Virus genome (UHGV): UHGV-0322223
Strand: one strand, 5' to 3'
DNA length: 33,830 nt
Source of the DNA: a virus
A program made the position numbers and the translations under genes. The notes below the pieces were generated by a model, which ran no database searches, was not told the origin of the DNA, and saw only the letters and a program-made list of their open reading frames with translations. Shown in pieces: positions 24,948-32,385 of the stretch (position 1 is the first letter of the stretch; every line of letters starts with the position of its first letter).

Positions 24948-25034
24948 TATTACCTTCACCTCCTCTTTTGTTTCCTCTATCTTTTTTTGATAAATCTCCC
25001 GATTTCTACGCCCAGAGCGTTGCAAATTATACGC

Positions 25035-25063
25035 TTGTTTTATCTCTCTTAATCCCCTATACT
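25035..25063 (+). promoter_or_regulatory. Promoter TTGTTT-N17-TATACT
   Basis: It lies upstream of the 25115 gene. It overlaps back-to-back with a minus-strand TATAAT (25026-25031). Confidence 0.4.
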
Positions 25064-25114
25064 TTAGTTACCGGTTCGTGGTGTTACGGAACACTAGGGA
25101 AAGGAGTTATTGCT

Positions 25115-25438
25115 ATGCTTACAAAAGAAGCTAAGACTGTTCTGTATCAGCTCTATAAGGAATACCTTGTGCGCCGTGATGGCAATGTTTCACGGTCTCG
25201 TGCAAAATGTTTCTCTTCCGCAGAATCGATTCATGCATCTTTGTTTCCGGACTGGTCACTCGAAGACGTTGAAGATGTTCTGCGCGAACTTGGGCGTAAT
25301 GGTTTTCTCGACAATAGTTACGCCGACGATACAATCTACGATTGTTCCCTTTCCGATGTCGCCATCGTAAAGATGGAGAATCAGAAAAAGGAAACTCTGC
25401 TGACAGTTGCTGACTTTATCTCTAAATTCATTCCGTGA
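25115..25438 (+). CDS. Hypothetical protein (possibly a wHTH), plus strand within the early region
   Basis: A 107-aa ORF from the ATG with SD AAAGGAG at 8-nt spacing. The longer ORF-track N-terminus (from 24917) lacks an SD and overlaps the promoter. Confidence 0.5.
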   Translation: MLTKEAKTVLYQLYKEYLVRRDGNVSRSRAKCFSSAESIHASLFPDWSLEDVEDVLRELGRNGFLDNSYADDTIYDCSLSDVAIVKMENQKKETLLTVADFISKFIP

Positions 25439-25658
25439 TAACAGTCCAGTCGTCAGCCATCAGATCATCCGCTGTCGGATTCCATCGCCCTGCTGTTTTT
25501 CTCGGTTTTCCATCATGCAATACCGTGATCAGACACGCATCATAAGAATTCGTCGGAGTAATCTCGGAATATATGTCGGATTCCGGTCTCCGTGCGGATG
25601 ATCTGATGATTTTTCCATTTTCTTTCACTGCTTTTTCTACCGCTTCATGTATATACAT
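25428..25658 (-). CDS. Small phage protein with a W.P...DL.ADDW motif (DUF2829-like)
   Basis: A 76-aa ORF with SD GGAGGTG 6 nt before the ATG. The C-terminus reads GRWNPTADDLMADDWTVI. Confidence 0.45.
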   Translation of the reverse strand: MYIHEAVEKAVKENGKIIRSSARRPESDIYSEITPTNSYDACLITVLHDGKPRKTAGRWNPTADDLMADDWTVITE

Positions 25659-25695
25659 CTATGTCACCTCCTTCATTTCTCACTTATAGTGATTT

Positions 25696-25893
25696 TTAAT
25701 TGTAAAAAATAAATTGCACAGAGCATTTATGATATTCTGCAATTCTCTTCTTTACCTCATCACTAGGAAGTCTTTCACCATTTTCATACATCGAATATGT
25801 GCTCTGGCAAACATTAATAGCTTGTGCCACTTCTTTTTGTGTGCGTGTTCCGCGCAATTCCACTAATTTTTTGCCTATCCTTTTCCTATCCAC
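25696..25893 (-). CDS. Cro-like XRE-family HTH regulator (65 aa from GTG)
   Basis: The HTH is LVELRGTRTQKEVAQAINVCQSTYSMYENG. SD CAGGAGGTGA lies 8 nt before the GTG at 25891-25893. The ORF-track N-terminal extension covers the promoter hexamers. Confidence 0.7.
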   Translation of the reverse strand: MDRKRIGKKLVELRGTRTQKEVAQAINVCQSTYSMYENGERLPSDEVKKRIAEYHKCSVQFIFYN

Positions 25894-25909
25894 TTTTATC
25901 ACCTCCTGT

Positions 25910-26045
25910 TCACTATTAGTGACCCTTTGTGTTTTCATACTAGCATTACTATTTTCCTTTGTCAATCACTTTGAGTGAACTTTTTTGGTTTTGTGCATTT
26001 TCACTAAAAGTGATATGTTGTGTTTACATAGTTCACACAAAGTGA
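25910..26045. promoter_or_regulatory. Operator array: four 13-bp palindromes TCACT-N3-AGTGA
   Basis: The sites are TCACTATTAGTGA (25910-25922), TCACTTTGAGTGA (25966-25978), TCACTAAAAGTGA (26001-26013) and TCACACAAAGTGA (26033-26045). The last one lies in the spacer of the cI promoter. Confidence 0.6.
25937..25965 (-). promoter_or_regulatory. Early leftward promoter (PR-like): TTGACA-N17-TAGTAT
   Basis: On the minus strand, -35 TTGACA is plus 25960-25965 and -10 TAGTAT is plus 25937-25942. It is flanked by operator palindromes. Confidence 0.55.
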
Positions 26046-26051
26046 TATTAT
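26023..26051 (+). promoter_or_regulatory. Repressor promoter (PRM-like): TTTACA-N17-TATTAT
   Basis: The hexamers and spacing read directly from the sequence. The transcript would start about 25 nt upstream of the cI GTG. Confidence 0.5.
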
Positions 26052-26084
26052 AATTTTATAAACTAGATATTTCTATAAAGGCAG

Positions 26085-26771
26085 GTGAATATAATAGTGG
26101 ATTTCAAAAATATAATATTAGCTCTTCGCAATGAAAGAGGGTTTAGTCAAGAGCAATTAGCTAAAGTTCTTCATGTTTCTAAAAGTACCGTTGCTATGTG
26201 GGAGACAGGTCAACGTCTTCCAAGTGTTGAAAAATATGAAGAAATTGCTGATTATTTCAATGTTGATATGGATTTTCTTTATGGTCGAACCTCTATAAAG
26301 AGGAGAGCTCTATTTGATGAATCCGGTTCTGAATATGTAAATAGTAAACTTGTTACTAGCATTTCACGCAAAAATCAAGGTATTATAATTAACGTTCTCG
26401 GTCGTGTTGCTGCCGGTATCCCGATCGATGCCGTTACCGATATTATAGATACAGAAGAAATCTCACTGGAGATGGCTCGAACTGGTGAATTCTTCGGGCT
26501 TCAAATCAAGGGTGACAGTATGGAACCCAAAATTTCCGACGGCGATGTCGTGATCGTTCGGCAGCAAAACGACGCCGAAAGTGGGGATATTGTAATCGCT
26601 ACAATAAACGGGGACGAGGCTACTTGTAAAAGGATTAGAAAATACCGAGACGGTATAGAACTTGTTTCAAGTAATCCTTGTTACGAACCTATGTTCTTTT
26701 CAAATGAAGAGATAGAAAATAAGCCCGTAAGAATTATCGGGCGAGTTGTTGAGTTAAGAGCTAAATTTTAA
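26085..26771 (+). CDS. CI-like repressor, LexA-type: XRE HTH plus S24 peptidase (autocleavable)
   Basis: The HTH is LRNERGFSQEQLAKVLHVSKSTVAMWETG. The cleavage-site context is RVAAGIP, the Ser nucleophile is in GDSMEP, and the Lys is in TCKRIRK. The start is GTG (26085), with an alternative GTG at 26097. Confidence 0.85.
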   Translation: MNIIVDFKNIILALRNERGFSQEQLAKVLHVSKSTVAMWETGQRLPSVEKYEEIADYFNVDMDFLYGRTSIKRRALFDESGSEYVNSKLVTSISRKNQGIIINVLGRVAAGIPIDAVTDIIDTEEISLEMARTGEFFGLQIKGDSMEPKISDGDVVIVRQQNDAESGDIVIATINGDEATCKRIRKYRDGIELVSSNPCYEPMFFSNEEIENKPVRIIGRVVELRAKF

Positions 26772-26975
26772 AGATATAACCACTACGGTGATTATATAAA
26801 GTGGTGTTAAAGGAACAGGGGACAAAAGAAAGTCTAACTATTAAAAGTCAAGGTTAAAATGAAGATTTTTTGAGTAAATTGCAGAAATGCTTTTCAGATA
26901 TATTTGAACCTTGAAAACTGCATGACAATAAGAGCATCTTTGCAGGTGCTCTAAAAGGAGATATGAAGTTAAATT

Positions 26976-28151
26976 TTATGCTGCTCTATGATAAAGCTGC
27001 CCTGACTTTTCTAGTTGGTAAATAACCCTGACCAGTTTCTTGGCAGCATGGGATATGGCAACATTATAGTGTTTGCCTTCGGAACGCTTCTTTGCAAGAT
27101 AAGCAGAGAACTGATTATCCCAAATGCAGACAAATTTTGTCGCATTAAACAGCGCATAGCGGAGGTAACGGGAACCACGCTTTTCCATGTGAGAATAACA
27201 GCCGTCAAGCTGACCTGATTGGTAAGTAGAGGGAGAAAGTCCTGCATAGGCAAGTATCTTGTCAGGGGAACTAAAACGGTTGAAGTCGCCAATCTCAGCA
27301 ATGATCATCGCACCCATTCGGTAATTGATACCGGGGATGGAAAGAATTGGAGAGCGGATTTCGTCCATAATGGATTTAATGGAGCATTCTATTTCATCAA
27401 TCTCAGAAGTTAATTCCTGAATAAGCCGAATTGTGTGCTTTAGTTCAAGAGATTTTGCAGGCATATTTGAACCGATGGAATGTTTGGCGGCATTTCGGAT
27501 TTCTATGGCTTTTTCCTTATTGTAGTGTCCCTTAGAAGCATTCGCCAGCAGATTTGTGAGGCGAGTCAGATGGCATGAAGCAATCTGAGCAGAAGAAGGA
27601 AACTCGGCTAAGAGTGCGTATATAGAAACCATGTGAAGACTAGGAACAAGTTTTTCCAGTTCAGGGAAAAGGATGTTAACAAGGCGTGAGATAGAAGTTT
27701 TCAGTTTTGCTCGTTCTTGTACTTTATCAAACCTGTATCTGGTTAATGACTTAAGCTCTTCGTTGTGATAAGATGTGTTTGAGTAGGACTGTAAGTTTAC
27801 TCCAGACATCATCATAAGAGCAATCGTATGGGCATCCACTTTATCGGTTTTTGTCTGTCTAAGGCTAAGACTTTTACGAAACAGATTGGTATGCAAAGGG
27901 TTGATGACAAAGGTGGGGAGACCTTTATCAATGAGAAAACCTAACAGATTGTAATTGTAGTGTCCGGTAGCTTCCAGTCCTACTTTTACGTTAGAAAAAT
28001 CATTTGTTAAGGAAGAAATCTTTTGAAAGAGGTCATGGAAACCATCCGCATTGTTTGGAATAGTAAATGCGTTAAAAAGCACTTCTCCTTCTGAGTTTGT
28101 GATAAAACAATCGTGTTTGTCTTTTGCAACATCAATACCAATATAAATCAT
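26976..28151 (-). CDS. IS110-family transposase / recombinase (DEDD)
   Basis: A 391-aa ORF with N-terminal MIYIGIDVAKDKHD..., typical of IS110/IS1111 transposases. Its GC content is distinct from its flanks. Confidence 0.85.
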   Translation of the reverse strand: MIYIGIDVAKDKHDCFITNSEGEVLFNAFTIPNNADGFHDLFQKISSLTNDFSNVKVGLEATGHYNYNLLGFLIDKGLPTFVINPLHTNLFRKSLSLRQTKTDKVDAHTIALMMMSGVNLQSYSNTSYHNEELKSLTRYRFDKVQERAKLKTSISRLVNILFPELEKLVPSLHMVSIYALLAEFPSSAQIASCHLTRLTNLLANASKGHYNKEKAIEIRNAAKHSIGSNMPAKSLELKHTIRLIQELTSEIDEIECSIKSIMDEIRSPILSIPGINYRMGAMIIAEIGDFNRFSSPDKILAYAGLSPSTYQSGQLDGCYSHMEKRGSRYLRYALFNATKFVCIWDNQFSAYLAKKRSEGKHYNVAISHAAKKLVRVIYQLEKSGQLYHRAA

Positions 28152-28400
28152 GGCAAATCTCCTTTGAATATATTTGACACTGTTTTAGAACCACAGTTGC
28201 TCTTCGCAGTTGTGAACTCGTTCTAAATAAACCGTCATGCGGTATCTAACTGATTAACAATCAAGCAAAGAGACTGTGGCTGGACACTTTCTGAAACCAT
28301 CAAAGTGGTAGAGAGGAAACACCAGTCCACAGCATCTTATATATCATAACCATACCTGTAGAAAAGGTAAAGAATGGTTATGATGGAAATAGCATACAGA
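28152..28400 (-). ncRNA. Presumptive IS110 bridge RNA region (5' non-coding region of the recombinase gene)
   Basis: Established knowledge: IS110-family elements encode a structured bridge/seeker RNA upstream of the recombinase gene. Seen here: a 250-bp ORF-free region with multiple stem-loops, including an 11-bp IR ATCATAACCAT...ATGGTTATGAT at 28343-28384. Confidence 0.3.
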
Positions 28401-28495
28401 CCTTGGAGAGGGTCTATAAATACTACTACTTTATAATACGAGAGAGGGAAGTAAAAACGCTATGAAACAAAAAGAAAAATATTTTTTCGATAAAA

Positions 28496-29209
28496 ATGAG
28501 GTCATCGGAAATAAAAAAAAGAGCTATAAAAACCCTTAATGAGCTGCTTGAAGCACACATTAAAAAAGCACCTGAAGACAGCACAACAGAAAACGATTCC
28601 CATCTCAAAAAAATAAATCTGCTTTCGTATTGGATCAATACATATTGTAGATTTATTAAAAAAGAAAAAACATTTGATGCTTCAAAAAATAAAGTATACA
28701 AAAGAGGTGAAATTATTCAAGTTGACCTAGGCTTTCGTATTGGTCATGAAGAAGGCGGATTGCATTATGCGGTTGTTTTAAATAAAAAAGACTCCCCTTA
28801 TTCCGATATATTAACCGTACTTCCTCTTTCATCTAAAAAAGAATATACCACACCTAATAAATTCACTATTGATTTGGGAAACGAAATATATGATAAGCTC
28901 CATCAAAAGTATATGCAAAAATTCAATAATTCAATTCAAGATGTGAAAGTATCGCCAAATCCGGTGTATGCCGGAGAGAAAATAACGATAGCTTTTACAG
29001 TAGATACAACGGAAGCCGATAAGGTGCAAAAAGAAATTGATTTAATGAAAACTGGAAGCATTGGCTTAGTTTCTCAAATCACAACAATTAGCAAAATACG
29101 AATAACAAAACCTTTGCATTATTCCGATGCTTTTGCAGGTATAAAATTAAGCGATGAAAGTTTAAATATAATAGATAAAAAAATCTGCGAATTATATATT
29201 GGTAAATAA
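28496..29209 (+). CDS. MazF/PemK-fold domain protein with an N-terminal extension and an approximately 80-aa insertion
   Basis: RGEIIQVDLGFRIGHEEGGLHYAVVLNKKDS...ILTVLPLSSKK ... GLVSQITTISKIRITKPL aligns to the MazF beta-strands (GDLIWVDFDPTKGSEQAGHRPAVVLS..CVPCTTQ..ADQVKSIAW). The region is AT-rich. The ATG has a poor SD. An A8 homopolymer lies at 28514-28521, and an out-of-frame 25-aa ORF with a better SD starts at 28461. Confidence 0.5.
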   Translation: MRSSEIKKRAIKTLNELLEAHIKKAPEDSTTENDSHLKKINLLSYWINTYCRFIKKEKTFDASKNKVYKRGEIIQVDLGFRIGHEEGGLHYAVVLNKKDSPYSDILTVLPLSSKKEYTTPNKFTIDLGNEIYDKLHQKYMQKFNNSIQDVKVSPNPVYAGEKITIAFTVDTTEADKVQKEIDLMKTGSIGLVSQITTISKIRITKPLHYSDAFAGIKLSDESLNIIDKKICELYIGK

Positions 29210-29224
29210 TTATAGTATAAAGTA

Positions 29225-29253
29225 TTGACTTTTGGGGCATACCAACATATAAT
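29225..29253 (+). promoter_or_regulatory. Perfect-consensus promoter TTGACT-N17-TATAAT
   Basis: Read directly: TTGACT at 29225-29230 and TATAAT at 29248-29253. Confidence 0.6.
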
Positions 29254-29257
29254 GTTA

Positions 29258-29344
29258 TAGAACAAAACACCTTAGCGTGTATAACATTAGGACAATGCAG
29301 TTTACCTGCACAACTTAGACCCCGTAGTAATACGGGGTCTTTTA
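29258..29344 (+). ncRNA. Candidate small RNA (about 85 nt) between the consensus promoter and a strong terminator
   Basis: There is no ORF with an SD between the promoter and the terminator. It lies immediately upstream of the toxin-like peptide gene. Confidence 0.35.
29317..29344 (+). terminator. Rho-independent terminator
   Basis: A 10-bp stem AGACCCCGTA / TACGGGGTCT with loop GTAA, followed by TTTT. Confidence 0.7.
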
Positions 29345-29473
29345 CGTTATACGAAATATACCCGACACTCCCAAAGTCGCCGGAGCATATACGAAGGAAA
29401 ATGTATTTACCAGGGTAGCCGGAGGACGAGCTTCCACCCATTCCGAGAATCCTGTGGAGGGGGGGTGGTAATT

Positions 29474-29557
29474 ATGAGTACATATGAAGAACTCAGTTTG
29501 ATCATAAGCATTGCGCTTTTGGTTGTAGCCATTCTGAATTATACGCATAAAAAATAG
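29474..29557 (+). CDS. 27-aa hydrophobic peptide (type I toxin-like)
   Basis: MSTYEELSLIISIALLVVAILNYTHKK has a single TM helix and a charged C-terminus. The SD GGAGGGGGGGTGG is very strong. An upstream CCACCC (29437-29442) can pair with the GGGTGG of the SD, which would sequester it. Confidence 0.35.
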   Translation: MSTYEELSLIISIALLVVAILNYTHKK

Positions 29558-29726
29558 CCGTCCTGCCCTGACAAAGCTGACGACTATTTCTTATAGTTTT
29601 TTAAGTTGCACCGGAGCGGGTGAGGTGCAGTCACCTTCCGGCTATCCTGTTAAGTACATTATAGCAAATGTACCATAAATGTCAACTATCTAGATTTTCC
29701 AAATAGTTAGAAAGAGGGTGTGATAA

Positions 29727-30620
29727 ATGGATGATTTTGAAAACAAATTAACTGAATTACATGATCGTGTTCTTAGTAAGGCTCTTACCGAGGATGAACA
29801 GAACAGCTATACCGAATCTTTATTTGAATCCATTAAACATATCAATGAATATGGAGAGGAGTTTTGGTACGCAAGAGAACTTCAGCGTGCTCTAGAATAT
29901 ACTGAGTGGCGCAACTTTTCTAGAGTTATTGATAGAGCTGTAACCGCTTGTGAAAATAGCGGAAATGATGTCTTTCATCATTTTGTTGAAGTCAACAAAA
30001 CGATAGATATGCCTAAATCTGCAACAAAAGAAATTACAGATTACGCACTCTCCCGCTATGCATGTTATTTAATTGTACAGAATGGCGATTCCCGGAAAAA
30101 GGTGATTGCTCTCGGTCAGACATACTTCGCCGTAAAGACAAGACAACAAGAATTAATAGATAATTTTAACGAATTAAATGAAGACCAAAAGAGATTAGCT
30201 ATCAGACGTGAAATGGCAGAGCATAATAAATTATTAGTAGAAGCCGCAAAAAATGCAGGAGTTGAAACAAACCTTGATTACGCTATCTTTCAAAATTATG
30301 GGTATCGTGGTTTATACGGTGGTATGGATGCAAAGGCTATCCATCACCATAAGGGATTGAAACCATCTCAAAAAATCCTTGACCATATGGGATATGAAGA
30401 ACTTGCCGCTAATTTATTTCGCGCCACACAAACAGAGGCTAAAATTAAACGTGATAATATACAAGGGAAAGAAAATGCCAACCAGACGCACTATAACGTC
30501 GGTAAAGAAGTTCGTGATACTATTTCACGATTAGGGGGAACGATGCCAGAGGATCTCCCCACCCCAACTAAAAGCATTAAGCAGATCGAACGCGAGCAAA
30601 AGAAACTGGAAGATAGATAG
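29727..30620 (+). CDS. DinD-like (DNA-damage-inducible protein D family)
   Basis: The N-terminal region GEEFWYARELQRALEYTEWRNFSRVIDRAVTACENSG...HFVEVNKTI......ITDYALSRYACYLIVQNGDSRKKVIALGQTYFAVKTRQQE closely parallels E. coli DinD. SD GAAAGAGGGTG is present. Confidence 0.65.
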   Translation: MDDFENKLTELHDRVLSKALTEDEQNSYTESLFESIKHINEYGEEFWYARELQRALEYTEWRNFSRVIDRAVTACENSGNDVFHHFVEVNKTIDMPKSATKEITDYALSRYACYLIVQNGDSRKKVIALGQTYFAVKTRQQELIDNFNELNEDQKRLAIRREMAEHNKLLVEAAKNAGVETNLDYAIFQNYGYRGLYGGMDAKAIHHHKGLKPSQKILDHMGYEELAANLFRATQTEAKIKRDNIQGKENANQTHYNVGKEVRDTISRLGGTMPEDLPTPTKSIKQIEREQKKLEDR

Positions 30621-30833
30621 AAAAACCGCCCCTGCGTCAACAGGAGCGGTCAACACGCCCTCTCCGCACAGCAGAGATAGGACGGCTTAACTATAACATC
30701 TCCGGAGATGCTACAGCATTCCAACCAAAAAATATTGTATCATCTTCGGTCAGCTATCGCAATCAGAACATCTGTTTTTGATAGCTGTTATTTTTATACC
30801 TTTTTACATATAATTACATAGGAGTGTGATGCA

Positions 30834-32366
30834 ATGTCTTATTTTATTTATGCTCGTAAATCAAGGAAGGATGCTGATCTCGAAGCGTTGGGAATCGATG
30901 TGCTCGAGCGCCATATCACCACTTTGCTGGAGCTTGCCAAAACGCTGTTGCTTCCGATCGGGGCAATTTATCGCGAAGTCGTCTCCGGCGACAGTATTGA
31001 TTCCCGCCCGGTGATGTCTCAAGTGATGGCCGAAGTAGAGTCTTGTATGTGGGACGGATGTCTTGTTATGGACGTTGACCGCCTCGCCCGCGGAGATACG
31101 ATCGATCAAGGGCGGGTACAGCGTGCATTTTTCTACTCAAACACAAAGATCGTTACTCCTAACAAGACGTATGATCCGGCAAACGAGTACGATAACGAAT
31201 ACTTTGAATTTAGTCTGTTTATGAGTCGCAGAGAATACGCAACAATTAAGCGCAGGATGCAGCGTGGCAGAGAACGAAGCAGCTCTGACGGATATTATGT
31301 CGGAAATATACCGCCCTACGGATGGCGTCGCGTTATCGCTCCTGATGGTAAGCACTTCTCTCTTGCTCCCGATCCAACCGAATCCCCCGTGCTCGATCTG
31401 ATGTATGATCTATGCGGCAATAAACAATACGGTTATCAAAAAGCATGTACTCATATGGCCGAAATGGGAATTTTATCAAGAAGCGGACGCCCGTTTACGC
31501 CGTCCACGCTAAAAGGAATTATATCTAATCCGGCAAATATCGGAAAAGTTCGCTGGGGACATCGGAAAACGGTTCGTACGGTCAAAGATGGGAAAATTTC
31601 TCGTTCTCGCCCGCACTCGTCAGATTATATTCTTGCCGATGCAGTTTGGCCGCCCCGGATCAGCGCGGACCTTTTCCAGCGTGCCAACCAGCCAAAAGGG
31701 AGCTGCTCCGCTCCGGTGCGTGATGACAGACCGATTCAGAATATTTTTGCCGGTCTTGTCCGGTGTTCCCAGTGTGGCCGGCTGATGGTTCGTAAAAAAG
31801 CGCATACTAAAACGCCTTATGACATTCTGATTTGTCAATATACTGAATGCCCTACAGTCGGTATCCGAATTGATGAGTTAGAGCTCGCCTTGTTGGAATG
31901 GCTGCGGAATTACATAGATAAATACGAGCTCACTGACGCGTTGCCCGAAGACGTGGAGAACGTCGCTGCAAAAGAAGCGATTGTTAAGAATTTTGAAAAA
32001 GAACATGAAACGCTTTTAAAGCAACGTGAATCCCTTTTTGATTTTCTCGAGCAGGGTATCTATACGAAGGAAATTTTTATCGAGCGGTCAAACGCTCTTG
32101 AGCGACGCGTAAAAGAATGTATGGAGCACATTATCTCCGCGCAGAACGACCTTCACGCCACACTCGCACTACAGGCAAACCGTAAAAATTTCGTTCCGCG
32201 CTGTAAGAATTTGCTCGGCGAATGGGGTAGACTTACAATTCCCGAAAAGAACAGCGCTTTAAAGGTTTTAATTGAAAAAATCATGTTCACAAAGACAAAA
32301 CGAAACAAAAAGGGGCAGGATCGTTCTGATTTTGAAATTGATGTGTTTCCAAAAGTGCCGAAATAG
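30834..32366 (+). CDS. Large serine recombinase (phage integrase)
   Basis: A 510-aa ORF. The N-terminal resolvase domain has the catalytic Ser in FIYARKSRKD and the ..VMDVDRLARG motif. It also has a recombinase domain, a Zn-ribbon (CSQCGRLMVRK...C), and a C-terminal coiled coil. SD AGGAGTG is present. Confidence 0.85.
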   Translation: MSYFIYARKSRKDADLEALGIDVLERHITTLLELAKTLLLPIGAIYREVVSGDSIDSRPVMSQVMAEVESCMWDGCLVMDVDRLARGDTIDQGRVQRAFFYSNTKIVTPNKTYDPANEYDNEYFEFSLFMSRREYATIKRRMQRGRERSSSDGYYVGNIPPYGWRRVIAPDGKHFSLAPDPTESPVLDLMYDLCGNKQYGYQKACTHMAEMGILSRSGRPFTPSTLKGIISNPANIGKVRWGHRKTVRTVKDGKISRSRPHSSDYILADAVWPPRISADLFQRANQPKGSCSAPVRDDRPIQNIFAGLVRCSQCGRLMVRKKAHTKTPYDILICQYTECPTVGIRIDELELALLEWLRNYIDKYELTDALPEDVENVAAKEAIVKNFEKEHETLLKQRESLFDFLEQGIYTKEIFIERSNALERRVKECMEHIISAQNDLHATLALQANRKNFVPRCKNLLGEWGRLTIPEKNSALKVLIEKIMFTKTKRNKKGQDRSDFEIDVFPKVPK

Positions 32367-32385
32367 CGGCGTTTTTCATTCGTTG

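Larger units (their letters stand above)
26890..28420 (-). mobile_element. IS110-family insertion sequence (approximate boundaries)
   Basis: The transposase gene has about 250 bp of structured non-coding DNA on its 5' side and about 90 bp on its 3' side. IS110 elements lack terminal inverted repeats, so the ends are not determinable by eye. Confidence 0.45.

Noticed and set aside
24917-25114. N-terminal 66 codons of the ORF-track entry 24917-25438
   Set aside because: The upstream part contains the promoter hexamers for this very gene and lacks an SD. The ATG at 25115 has AAAGGAG at ideal spacing.
25894-25965. N-terminal 24 codons (TTG start) of the Cro-like ORF
   Set aside because: The TTG is part of the TTGACA -35 box. 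The -10 and the SD for the internal GTG lie inside this extension.
27011-27413. Small ORFs on both strands inside the IS110 transposase gene
   Set aside because: They are nested within a confident 391-aa transposase ORF.
28426-28701. 91-aa minus-strand ORF spanning the IS end and the MazF-like gene start
   Set aside because: It has an AT-rich low-complexity (F/I/L) translation, lies antisense to a better ORF, and has no SD.
30861-31838. Small ORFs on the minus strand inside the serine recombinase gene, and 31588-31785 (+) out of frame
   Set aside because: They are nested shadow ORFs in a confident 510-aa gene.
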